The translations under genes were made by a program, and so were the position numbers. From Camelus ferus (lineage: Eukaryota): 64,000 bases of DNA. The DNA lies in contig NC_045696.1 of assembly GCF_009834535.1 (NCBI RefSeq), positions 106,332,001-106,396,000 on the forward strand, given 5' to 3'. Positions 40,870-52,714 of the stretch are shown here, in pieces; position 1 is the first letter of the stretch; every line of letters starts with the position of its first letter. The notes under the pieces were generated by a model that was not told the DNA's origin, made no database searches, and was given only the letters and a program-made list of their open reading frames with translations.

Positions 40870-41770
40870 CCCGTGACCGGGTGCTGGGACGCGATAGGTG
40901 CCACACAGACCTGGCCTGGCAGCCCGGCGACTGTGGGGGCCTAGGAACCCCTACCTCTTTTGGCCAAAGCCGCGGGGGCTAAGTGGACACTCCTTCCCAG
41001 CCCGGCGTCTCACAGGGCAGAGCGCTCGGCCCCGAGAAGCGGCATCACTAAGGAGGAAGGCTCGGTGAAACGCCTGGCAAAGCCCAAGCCGCGCCGCCGG
41101 GCCAGCTGCCCGTATGCCCTACCACCCCGCCCGCCGGACGCCGTCCCAAGAACCGGCACCGGCGAGCGCTCCCGGAGTTGGAAACGTCTCTGGCTCGGCC
41201 GGGGTCCCGTCTGTCCCGCCCGCCTACCCTCCCTGACTTCCCGGCCCACAGCTGAGCCAGAGGCCACCGCAAGGGGTGGTGCCCAGGAGGCACGCTGCGT
41301 TGGTGGTGAACGCTGCGGGCTGGGCCCCAGCTCCCGGGCGAGCAGCTGCGGCGGGTCACTCACCGAGAGGACGCTCATGCGGATTGGGGTCTCCAACAGG
41401 CACGCCATCTTGAGCCTTCCCACCCGGCTGCAGCCGGCGCCGGCGCGGGGGCCGGCACTTTCGACAGCCAACTACTAGGCCAACCACAGGTACCTCTGCA
41501 GAAAGTCAGGCAGGTAGACGGGAAGGGGTCACGCTCTAGACACCGCTGAAGTCCGGCCAAGGCCCGCAGAGGGGAGAGCAAAGGGAAACCGCGCCAGGGC
41601 CCTCCTTACGAATCGTCCTCTCAGAAACGGCAGCTACTCTCAGCCAGGGTGAGAGGTGGGAGCGGGCAGCAGTTTCCGCATGCGCAAAGCAGATCTGCCG
41701 CCCAACCTGCGGCTCGCGGGGGGCGGGGCTTCGGGGGCGGGGTATCGCTACTAGCTTCACGGATTGATTC
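40870..41770 (-). promoter_or_regulatory. ARMC8: ARMC8 CpG-island promoter and 5' region with NRF1-like, GC-box and YY1-like motifs
   Basis: High GC and CpG density; CGCATGCGCA at 41677-41686; GGGGCGGGG at 41720-41728 and 41734-41742; CGCCATCTTG at 41403-41412. The TSS cannot be placed from sequence. Confidence 0.85.
41364..41408 (-). CDS. ARMC8: ARMC8 coding exon 1 (MACLLETPIRMSVLS)
   Basis: ATG at 41408 in good context (AAGATGG); 45 nt matching the known ARMC8 N-terminus; donor TCG|GTGAGT; lies in a CpG island. Confidence 0.96.
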
Positions 41771-44700
41771 GTTATTCCGAAAAACTGGTGTGTGGAGTCA
41801 CCTACATAATTTGAAGTTCACGTTTACCTTCATTATCTCCTTTGCACCAAACTCCCAGCGTCGTTATTATCTCCATTTTTCAGTTGGAGAAACTGTTATC
41901 TCAGAACTAGGTCTTCTGTCACCAGTAAGAGAGTTTCACGATCCAACGCTGAAGTGTGACCTGTTTCGGCATTATCTGCCAGACCCTTTTATTCTAGTGT
42001 AGTGTTAAGAATAGATACTCTAGAGCCAGAATGCCTGGGTGTAATCCTTGCTACTTCACAGAACTGCATTACCTCGGCAAGTTACTTAACCTCCTATGCT
42101 TCAGTTTCCTCTTGTGTAAAATAAGGGGTTATGAAGATGAAGAATGTAAAGCCCTTACAACATGCCTGGAACGTACGAAGCGTTGTGTATGTGTTAGCAT
42201 TTCTCCAGCCTCTGAGTTAAGTAGGAAAAAAAGGGGGGGGGGGGCGAATATCTGAATAATTCCCACTAAAACACTCTGATAACTGAAGCCAAATAAAAAT
42301 GCTGCTAATTCTATTTTTTGATTGATGAATTCACCTCTTCCTCTCCATTTGTGTGTTTATGGATATGGACGAAACTGCCCTGGACAGGTTTCAACTTCAT
42401 ACTGCTGGAAACCAGTAGGGTTTTCACAGGATGATTGCAATGAACCTGTTAAATTACTTGCCTTACTCCCATTGCTGTATCCACTCCCTAATTCAGGCTG
42501 GTGTTACCTCTTCCCTGGACTAGAGCAATAGTCTTCCAACTGATGTCATAGCTCTAGCCTCTCCTTCACTTCGTTCCTCAGTGCTTTCCTATCTTCCTCC
42601 TGTGACTTGGTTTCTAAATTTACTGTAGTACTAATCATCCTTGCTTATGGGCCTGTGTTCCCTTACAAACTGTTGACTTTCTGGAAAGCAGGAATTTCAT
42701 TGTAGATTTTCCTTCTGTTGCAACACTATTTCAGTAATCTGCATACCTCCCACACAGTCTTTGCCAGTCTGCACCCAGGTACTTTTCTTTAAAGCCAGTT
42801 TCAACTGATGAAATAATTTTAGCCTCATCCTAAACCATAATACTCTGAAAAAAATCAAGTGTATTGTACTCCCTACTTTTATTCTAGTACACATTAACGT
42901 AACTACAAAAAAGTTTAAATGTCCATCCATGTATGACTTAGAATCATGTCATGTACCACACACCACAACAAAGCAGAGCATAACCCTTATACAGAGCACA
43001 TAGAGATATCAACTAAATTTTCAGTTGACATTTGTATGATATAGAGTTTTAGAACTATATTTGATCTACACTTCATTAATTAGCTCAAGCAATACATTCT
43101 CCAGAAAGGCCCTCCCTTAAGTATAGGTTAGGTGACCTCTCCCCCATGTCTTCATGCATCATTCTGTTCTTGCCACTAACATAGCATCTCCAACAATAAA
43201 GTGTAACTTTGGGGGTAATGTTTCACTCGTTTGTCTTCCCATTATACACTTCAGAGCCGGCACTAGGAATTTTAGCTTTTAGGTCTTTTATTTCACTGCC
43301 TAGCATAGAATAGTCACTTAGTAAGTGTTTGGTGAATGAAGTTTTGGCTTAGTTTGGGCAGATCCTGGGAGAATAATCTGGGTGCAGGTAATTTATTTGG
43401 GAAATGTTTCGATGGAACAAAATTGATGGACCCAGAAGAGTGAGAAAGGAAAGAAGAAAAAGTCAATATAATGGTCCATTATTGAAGTCACTGCTTATTC
43501 CTTGAGGACCCCTGAGAAACATGACCCCCTGGATATCCATCTTGAGGTTGGAGCATTTATCCACCACTACCGTCCTATATTGGTTGAGGGTTTCTCTGGG
43601 GCGGTTAATTCCCCAGCCTCCTAGATCATACTTGCGCATAGAACAGAGAGGGCTTCCTTAACCTGATGCAGAAAAGCAGACTCTGCAGGCTCACTTTTGG
43701 GGTAGGATACAGGCAGCATGCATCTGAACTTGCAGCAGAATCATCATTATTGCTGTAGCTGAAATCAGAGTGAGGAGGGGCTAGGGACTGTGACTCAGGG
43801 CAATCAATACCTCTGTAAAGTGATTTTACAGGAAGGAAGCATTGATTGGCAATCCCCTAAGCTGAGGGGTCAGAAATCTCACGTCTGTTCCAAATTCTGC
43901 TCCTAAATAACCCTAGATACACCCTTCAAACCTAAATAATGAGTAGAAGTTGAAGGGTAATGAAAATTTTTGATTCAGCCTCTATAAGTCAGCAACAACA
44001 AAACAGTTAACTTTGGCACTGTGGTAGAGAGAGAGAAATAGCCCCATGGACTCCCATGCAAACAGGAATGAAATTTATCCCCATCCTGCCCTATCTCAGA
44101 GAAGTATTAATTTCTGGAAAAAAAAAACAAAACAATGACAACAAAGTGTGAATTTGATAAAGAAAAAGTAGGAATAAACAATTAAAAGTAAGGAGCAAGA
44201 AAGAAATCTGCCAAGTATTGATAAATATCTAAATGGAACTCCCAGGGAAGAGAAATAAAGTCATATTTTTGAAAGTAAGAAACATACCTATGTAAAAAAG
44301 GAAAGCTTAAGGTGCAGAAAGATTCAAACCCCAAACTGAATGGTCCCAAAAGGAATTTAGAGGAACCTTTAAAAGCTTTCAAAACAGAGGAGATTCTTTA
44401 CATAAATCAAAAATAGAAAATGGACTAATATTGGTGTAGAAGGGATATAGGTCAGTTGGATAGATGCTAACTGGGTTTACTTGTGCACACATTGTACGAG
44501 GGATTCAAAGTGGAATAAGGTGTGGTTCCTGCCTTCAAACAGACGGGAATACGAGTGAGACTCTGAGAGATTCAATAATTTGCTTACAGTTGCTCAGGGA
44601 GTAAGAGGCTGAATCAATTTGACACAGGCTTCTCTGTTTCAGAGTCCTGCCCAGAGCTCTCACACATAGTCCTCTGGGACCCAACAGGACTCTCCTACAT

Positions 44701-44929
44701 GGGACTACTGAGCGCACACCTCAGTGACCAGCCAATTAAAAAAATCTACGAGGGCTTTACAATGGGAAATAGTGCATCAGTAATTCATGCTTGGAGTGTG
44801 TAAAATACGTATATGCATAAAGCAGAATTAGTAAGATGTTGAAAAAGTCTTTTATTTAGTAACTACAGTGAAAAAAGAAAAGAAAATACTCTTTTTATAA
44901 CTGAATTACTGCTGTGGTCGAATTCCAGC

Positions 44930-45590
44930 TTACAACTATAGAAGAAATGATGGAATTTGAAAACCACCCCTTGACGACCATATGCATTATAATTATTTGA
45001 GGCAAGAACCATCAATGCGTGCTAAAACTAATTGGTGGAAATCTGATGAGAAATAGTACCTCCCTACATTACTAGTGTTAGTAGAGAAACTTGATAGACA
45101 CCACTTTATTCAAGTGATTATCATTCATATCACCACTAATGGAATAAATAGACACCATGCTATGATACACTGAGAAGAACACAGCATCACTTCTGTGGTA
45201 TTCCTGCCAAAAAAGCATGGTGTAATCATGAGGAAACATCAGACAAACTGTACTTGAGGGACATATGACAAAAGAACACACCTACGCCCTTCAAAAGTGG
45301 CATGAAAGACAAAGAAAGTGAGGAATTGCTCTAGATTAAAGCAAACTAAAGGGACATGACAACTAAATGCAATTTATAATCTAGAATTGAATCCTGGACA
45401 AGGAAAAAACAAATTTCCCCTCTTGCTACAAAGAACATCAAGGGAAAAGCTGGCAAAATGTGAATAAAGTCTGTAGATGAGGTATCATTGTTAATGTGCT
45501 GATTTTGATCATTGTACTGTGGCTATTAAGAGAATGCCTTTGTTCTCAGGAAACACAAAGTGAAGAATTGAAGTATAAAAAGACTGAGTC
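44930..45590 (+). mobile_element. Old L1 (L1MC-type) 3' fragment; related antisense fragments at about 47360-48460 and 53000-53640
   Basis: ACAGCATCACTTCTGTGGTATTCCTGCCAAAA...GACATGACAACTAAATGCAA is typical L1MC 3' sequence. Confidence 0.7.
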
Positions 45591-47599
45591 ACTGTGGATT
45601 AAGCAATTGTTTTTTCTTTAAAAATGAGAAAGGGAAAAAATGAGAAAGGAACTCATTTAGAGAATAATAATAAAAAGAGTACCAAGGCTCCTGGAAATTA
45701 ATTCATTCAACAAAATATATATGCAAGGTACATACTATGTGCCAAGCACTGTGGCCAGGGATAGTAATACAATTAGCAAGATAGATAGATTCCCTGTTAT
45801 CACAGAGCTTTCAAAAAAAAGGTGAAGAGAGACAAGAGAACAAGAATGTAGGATGATAAATGAAAGGGTATGGGGCTAAGGGAGCATCTATGAGGGAACA
45901 TCACCAGGACTAAAGTCATAGGAAGTCCTTCTAGTGGAGGTGGCATCCAAGCTTTTTGACCTGAAGTGTCAACAGGAACAGCCGAGGCAAAGCTGTGTGT
46001 GCTCCTCCAAGCCTGCTTTGTCCATAAATATTTGTCTAATGGAACAATTAAGACACTCTTTCTCTGCATGTAGCTGTGGAAATACTAGCAGATCTTGCCA
46101 AATCAATACTAGGACAAGAGCCCCAGTTACTTATAGGAAAATTGACACTATAAAATCAGCAGATCTCCAGATGGCTTGCCATCTCCTGGATTACCTGAGT
46201 AACAAAAAGACACTCTTACCCTCATCCCAAGCAGTGGGGACCACGTTATACAAATGAGTTTGAAAGTGGAGACATGAAGATAAGTTAGGCAAAGTAAATC
46301 CAATCTTTACCATTTACAGTAACAGGAATGGAATCTGTAAGTCATCAAACCTATAAAAAGAGATACTGTTTTCTTTTTAAAAAATTGGATGAAATCATAA
46401 AATTCAATGAAATGTCTGACAAGTTTAAAATCCAGAGGCTAGAGACACCGCAGAACTCTTTCATCCCTCTGTGTTACTTACCTGTCTTTAGTTTTAACCA
46501 CACAGAGGCACTCTTGCCTTAGTTCTCCTGTGGTTAGACTGTGCTGCCATCAGGTGGTGGGAAGCGCCATAACCACCTAGTTCTCTTATAACAGCACGGA
46601 TGGATGTTTTATTTTGATGTTTGTGACATTTTATTTATAAACTGACTTGAAAACTCATTGCCCAGATATCTCCACGGCTCACTCCCCTACCTCATGAAGG
46701 TTTCTCCTCAATACGTCACTCTATCAACACGGTCTTCCAGAATCATCCTATATACATTAAGTACCCTACCCTCACCACAGCATTTCCTATCCCCTTACTT
46801 TTTTCTATTTTAAATCATCCATCTTTTCAACACAGTTCTTTCTTCTTGTGTCCTTTATTTTTATTCATCTTTTATTTGGCTGGATTTCATTGTCAAGTCA
46901 TTTTTTTTCCCAAGAGGAGCTCATGTGTATTGTCTCCTTGGAGTTCTTTCATGGTTGAAAACATCTGATTGTGGCCTTTTCCATGAATGACATCCTGGCT
47001 GGCACAACATACAGGAAAACAGAACCCATTTGAAGTAAGTACTTTAAGTAAAAAGATTGCAAAATTATTAGAATGACTAAAGATGCAAATAGGGAGGGAG
47101 TATTTTACTTGTGATCAGGAACAGTGGGAAGTTCATCATTGCTAAAGGAGCTTGGGTTGCTGAGCTGTCATCACCATTGCTAGAGCCAGAAGAGAAAAGA
47201 AACAGCTTTTACTTTTACTTTTCTTCTACCTTCCAACCTCACATAAGTGTTTCTCATGTGCAAAGCCCAATCCATACCTCAACGAGCAAGGGAGTCTAAG
47301 AAATGAAGTTTCTTAGCTTCTAGCCCCTGTAATACATGGATGGGCAGGTATATATATCCTTAAATACGTCAGTGTGTGTTTCCTAAAAACAAAGAATTCT
47401 GTTATGTAGCCACAGTAAAATGATCAAGACCAGGAAGTTAATATTGATACAATACTATCTAACTTACAGATCTCATTCGGGTTTTGCAATTATACTAATA
47501 ATGTCTTTCATAGCAACACAATGCATTCAGTTATCATGAAACCGCGTATCCTTTAACTTTAATCTTTCTCAGTCTGTCCTTGTGTTTCATGACCATCAT

Positions 47600-47716
47600 T
47601 TTGGGGGTTTACTTTATTTTATTTTATTATTATTTTTAATGGAAGTACTGGGGATTGAACCCAGGACCTCGTGCATGCTAAGCATATGCTCTACCACTAA
47701 GCAATAACCCACCCCT
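47600..47716 (-). mobile_element. tRNA-derived SINE (vic-1-like) inside an L1 fragment
   Basis: Reverse head GTACTGGGGATTGAACCCAGGACC...CTACCACT; TSD-like TGACCAT(C/A)AT on both sides. Confidence 0.88.
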
Positions 47717-48476
47717 TGACCATAATATATATTTTTTAAAAGACAGGCAAGTTATTTTAAAAAAAATCTTTCTCAATTTCAGTTTGTCTGCTGTTTCTCA
47801 AGATTAGAGTCAAGTTACCCATTTTTGGCAGGCATACCATAGAAGTAATGTATGTCATATCAGGGGGCACAAGAGGTGGATTTGTCCACTCCTAGTGAGA
47901 TTAACTTTAATCATTTTGTTAAGTGGTGTCTACTGGGTTTCTCTGGTGTAAAATCCCTATTTTCCTCTTTGTTAAAATAAGTATCTGTTGGAAAGATACT
48001 TTGAGATCATATAAGCAGTCTCAAATAATGGATACATTGACACTAGGTAAGTATCCTATTACTCTTCAAAGTTTTACCCAGTTATCTTAGCATTCATTGA
48101 CAAGTCTTGCTTGAACAATGATGATGATGGCGGTGATGATTATGATGGCAGTAAAATGGTGATTTCTAACTTCAACTTTCTTTCTATACTTACCAATCAG
48201 CGTTCTTGTGTAAATAAGAGCTCTATTGATTAATTGATTGATTTACGTCAGAATGGAATAATAGATTCTTACTTTATTCAGTGGGCTCATATTGATATTA
48301 TGTATTTTGACCCTGAAATTGTTTCAGATTTAGCAGGTGGAAAAACCTCCACTCAATATACTTTTGATGTCCCAGATTCTTTGAGCACTTCCTTGCCTTC
48401 TGGCATAAGATGATTCAGGCTCATTTTGTATTTTCTCTGCCCTGGAATCAACCACTTCAATGAGAAGACTTGATTT

Positions 48477-48617
48477 AGGTTTTTCTTTTTGGGGGGATGG
48501 GGGGTGGTCATTAGGTTTATTTATTTATTTATTTTTAGAGGAGGTACTGGGGATTGAACCCAGGACCGTATGCATGCTAAGCATTCACTATACCACTTCA
48601 GCTATACCCTCCCCCTA
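48477..48617 (-). mobile_element. tRNA-derived SINE (vic-1-like)
   Basis: Reverse head and tail; 14-bp TSD AGAAGACTTGATTT at 48463-48476 and 48618-48631. Confidence 0.92.
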
Positions 48618-49259
48618 AGAAGACTTGATTTCAAGGAGATAGATCTGGTTGTACCTAAGAAGTTTTAATTAACACCAGCTTAGCTGGATTATGCTCTGTT
48701 TTGCATGTTTCCATAGTTCACATGTGCTTTTTTCATCTTGCTCATTGTTGGCTGCTTCTATCTAGATACTGTCTTTGCACTGACAGAATCAGGGAATTTC
48801 CTTCCCACCAGATCTGAGACCTGTTTGTTTTCCCAGACCACACATACACAGTTTGAGAGGGATTGCCTAAGCAGTAAAGAGTCCCTCACATTTGCAAAAA
48901 GAATTATCTTCATTGTTCACTCAATTCACTTTTCTCCAACCACCTTCGTGTCTCTTCTCATTCAGAATAGGAAGGAGTTGAAGCTATCTATTTTAGTTTT
49001 GTTCTCTCTGGATTTGATAAAGTCAGTGAGAATTCTCAAGTTTATTAACTTACTGGTACGGCCTCTGGAGATGGGGTGTGGGTTGGGAATAGAGGTAAGA
49101 GCTGAGCAAAATGCACTTCTTCATCCCTATTCATTATCTTTATGTCCTTCTTTGACCACTAGATTTTGAATGTTATGGTATTAAGTTATTGTTTCCTATG
49201 GTCACCAAAGAAGAAAATTCAAATTGATATATTAAAATTTTGTTGTAGAATCTCCATGA

Positions 49260-50610
49260 AAATCACAAGGAGACACCATTGCACAACTAACAAAATGGCT
49301 AAAATTTAACAGACAGATAATACCAAGTGGTATTGAGCATAGGGAATAATTAGAACACTCATTTTGCTTAAGAAAGTGTAAACTAGCACAACTACTTTAG
49401 AAACTGACACTGTCTTAAAACAACATATATCTACTATGTTACCCAGAGAGTCCATTCCTGGGCAGAATCCAAGGGAAGAAAGTGCTACGTCCACCAAAAG
49501 ATTTTACAAGAATGTGCATGGCAGCTTTATTCATAATAGTCCCAATTTAGAAACAATCCAAATATCCTTCAACAAAAAATAGATACATGAACTATGGTAA
49601 GTTCACATGATGAAATACTACACAGGAATAAGAAATAGCATACATCTATCTATAGTATGGATGTTACCGGACCAAACTTGGGTCCATTCACCTGCATGCA
49701 ATGAAGCCAATCTACTGACACTGCGTTGTGGTGAAGGGAAGTGCAGTGTTTATTGCAGGGCACCAAGCAAGGAGCCCAGGTAGCTAGTGGTCAAAAGGCC
49801 TGAACTCCTAGATGGCTTTTGGGGAAAAGGTTTTAAAGACACAGTGAGGGAAGGGAGTTGCATGGTGCATGGTCAGCTCATGGACAGTCTTCTGTTTGAT
49901 TGGTGTGACGTAATTGGGAGTCAACACCATCAACCTTCTAGTTCCAACTGGTCCAGGCCATACATGCCTCTAGGCAGGGTACAGTTAACTTCTTCCACCT
50001 GGTGGGGGTTTTGGTATTTGCAAAACAGCTCAAAGGATATGGTTCAGAATATTCTCTATAGCTGTTAAGGAGGAACTAAAGATCTTTGACTTTGTTCAGT
50101 GGTTAAACCATTATTATTTTGTCTTGCTTGACTGTTTTCCTTTGTTTCTGCATTTTCTCACTTCTCTGATTAAGTTTATTCGTTGAAACTTGGGGAAGGG
50201 CTAGGAGACTAAAGTTTTTCTACAAACAAGAGGCAGGCAGAGGACATGGTGAGGGGAGTTCTGTCCTGGGAAGGCCCCATAGCATCCTGCTCAGTTACTT
50301 AGATTCATGGATGAATCTCACAAGCATTAGTTGAATGAAGGAAGCCAGACATAAAAGAGTATATAATATATACTGACGTTTATATGATGTTTAAAAACAA
50401 GCAAAACTGATCTATGGTGATAGAGGTTAAAATGGAGTTTTTCTTTTGGGAGAAAAGGCTTGGGAGGAAGCACAAGGGAGTCTTAGAATGTTGGCAATTT
50501 TTTATACCTTGATATGGGTGATTATACATGTAAAAATGCATCAAAATGTGCTCTTAAGATTTGATTTGTTCATGGTACTTCAAGTTAATTAAAATTAAAA
50601 ATTTTTTTAC
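49260..50610 (+). mobile_element. Old L1 3' fragment interrupted by an LTR
   Basis: L1 ORF2-end and 3' UTR sequence flanks the LTR and rejoins across it (...ATGGA|TGAATCTCAC...AAGCCAGAC). Confidence 0.75.
49662..50307 (-). mobile_element. ERV1-type solo LTR
   Basis: TG...CA termini; 4-bp TSD TGGA at 49658-49661 and 50308-50311; poly(A) signal on the minus strand (TTTATT near 49749). Confidence 0.78.
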
Positions 50611-51589
50611 ATGGCGGGAAAAAAGACCCATAAAAAGGTAATTACTGTAGATTGAAAATCAAATGGAAGAAGTTAAATTTAGCAATGTCATAAAAAGTAT
50701 CTCTTCTTATGTATTTCAAAAAATTTAATTCAGAAGGAAAATAAAACATTAAAAATAATCGGGAATATTAGTTTCCATATTTTTCTAACCTTTTGATCGA
50801 TTTAGATGTCATGAAAATTATGTCCTCCTTGTAAATGTGAAAGAAATTGTCCATAAATCACTCTGGCTACAATGTCTTTCAATGGATTTATGTCTTAGAC
50901 AACTTTTCCAGTGTCTTCTTATTGTCATTGTTTTGTTTACATCTTCCTCTTCATTTTGTATTAATTTTGGTGCCTTTGTTCCTGGAATATTGCTTATTTT
51001 ATCTAGATTTTATTTTAAGAGCTGAGATCGATTTTTTATTCTCTGCATTATCTTGATTAGCTTATTTTCTTGATTGAAATTTCCTGAGGCGTTTTATTTA
51101 TTTGTTTACTTGTTTCTGTCTTGGCCACAAACTCTTTGATTGCCAGCTTGGCCCATTATCCCCCTGGATGTTTTCTAGACATCTGCTTTCATGAACTTGC
51201 ATTCTAGTTATGCAAACAACTATTTGGTAGGAAAATGAAGAGTCCCCGGACCCTTTAAAAAAAAAAAACAACAGATAATTTTAGAAACTCTTCGAGGAGA
51301 TAATTTCAAAATCCTCAGTGAGTTTTTAAGTTTTATTTTAAATTTATTTTTATTTTGGGGTGTCTTAAAATCTTTTAATTTCTAATCACTTTCAGGCAAT
51401 TATCTTTGCCATGAGAAGTTCATTCCAAGTTTGGTTTGATTTTATCAAACTAAACGCCTATTTCTGAGGATTTTTGTTTATTTGTTTTACTACTCTGGTT
51501 TTGCTTTTTACCGTCTGTCAGATCGCTCCGACTCAAAGACGGGACAAGATACGTAGAGCCTGAGTTGATTCACCAGCTCCCTGGAATCC

Positions 51590-52070
51590 GGTGCTAGTCT
51601 TCCCCGTCCCGATCCTTCTCTCGCGAGATTTGGAAACCGGAAGTGAGTTATATTGCAAGAGTCTCACTTGTAAGAGGCGGCATCTCAGTTAAGGTTGGCG
51701 GGAGCTGAGCGATCAGTCCGGCTTGGGCTGGCTCAGGTTTGAGGGGTTGCGGACAGCGCTTCCCGCCTCGGGCCGGCAGGATGCGGGTGGCTGTGGCCGG
51801 CTGCTGCCACGGCGAGCTGGACAAGATCTACGAGACGCTGGCGCTGGCGGAGCGGCGCGGCCCCGGGCCGATAGACCTTCTGCTGTGCTGCGGCGACTTC
51901 CAGGCAGTGCGCAACGAGGCCGACCTGCGCTGCATGGCCGTGCCGCCCAAGTACCGCCACATGCAGACCTTCTACAGGTGAGGGAGGCCGCCGGGCCTCG
52001 GACCCCGCCGTGCGAGGTGTGACTAGCCAGCAGTGGGGGTAGAGAACCTGGGCTGGGTTCGAATCCCGTC
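51590..52070 (+). promoter_or_regulatory. DBR1: DBR1 CpG-island promoter with TCTCGCGAGA palindrome and ETS site
   Basis: TCTCGCGAGA at 51619-51628 and ACCGGAAGTG at 51636-51645, about 140-160 nt upstream of the ATG; CpG-rich through exon 1. Confidence 0.85.
51781..51977 (+). CDS. DBR1: DBR1 exon 1 CDS ([11 protein letters not shown]...CGDFQ...QTFY-R)
   Basis: 197 nt; metallophosphoesterase motifs GCCHG (C8, H10) and GDFQ (D39); donor CAG|GTGAGG. Confidence 0.98.
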
Positions 52071-52589
52071 TGCCACTGAACAGCCGTCTCTCTTAGTACC
52101 CCGTCTTTGTTATCTCTAGAAACTGGCCCTTCGTAAATGTCACTTTTCTTATTTAAATTAATCTATTTTATTTGTTTCGGAAGGGATCGCAGCCTGAGGG
52201 GAAAACTTGCAGGAAGAAACTGACAAGTTAATCTACCGTATACTTGATAGGACTCGGGGACTAGTCCATTTAATGATCCAGGAATTTTTACTGGACGCTT
52301 GCTATGCGCCATTCCTCATTCTGGAAGCTAAAGTTACAGCAGTGAACTGACAAAGTTTTTGACCTCATTGAACGTACGTTGGCTTGAAACCCAAGGCGGC
52401 AGCCCTTCATTCCTAAGGACAAGGATGGACAGTTGGTTTAGAGGATTTAAACTTTTTATGATGAACTCAGATTTTTTACTTCGGACCATATTTCGCTTTT
52501 CTGCTATGCCTGATGGTATAGATATGCCCAATTGCTTTCCTCTATCCCCGATTTCTGCTATGCCAATTGACGTTACCCTTGTGTTTTAG

Positions 52590-52714
52590 ATATTACTCTG
52601 GAGAGAAAAAGGCCCCAGTTCTTACAATTTTCATTGGGGGAAACCATGAAGCCTCAAATCATTTGCAAGAGTTACCCTACGGTGGCTGGGTGGCACCCAA
52701 CATTTATTATTTAG
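52590..52714 (+). CDS. DBR1: DBR1 exon 2 ([42 protein letters not shown])
   Basis: 125 nt; GNHE motif (N84, H85); acceptor TTTTAG|A, donor TAG|GTATGT. Confidence 0.98.

Noticed and set aside
40949..40960. Donor-like GAG|GTAGGG on the minus strand as an alternative ARMC8 first exon
   Set aside because: Alternative ARMC8 N-termini exist in other mammals, but no exon can be delimited here from sequence alone.
41409..41471. In-frame TTG-initiated 21-aa N-terminal extension of ARMC8
   Set aside because: The TTG directly follows a TAG and has T at -3; no evidence beyond an open frame.
40960..41760. Long overlapping ORFs (172, 153, 103 aa) over the ARMC8 promoter
   Set aside because: Expected in GC-rich CpG islands with few stop codons. 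Only MACLLETPIRMSVLS is recognisable, and it ends at a canonical donor.
48738..49169. 143-aa ORF between the genes
   Set aside because: Non-ATG start, no recognisable domain, no promoter or splice support; likely a chance ORF.
41770..51590. Single shared bidirectional promoter for ARMC8 and DBR1
   Set aside because: There are two separate CpG islands about 10 kb apart with repeat-rich DNA between them.
51739..51780. In-frame TTG extension upstream of the DBR1 ATG
   Set aside because: Near-cognate start in weak context; the ATG at 51781 gives the canonical 544-aa length.
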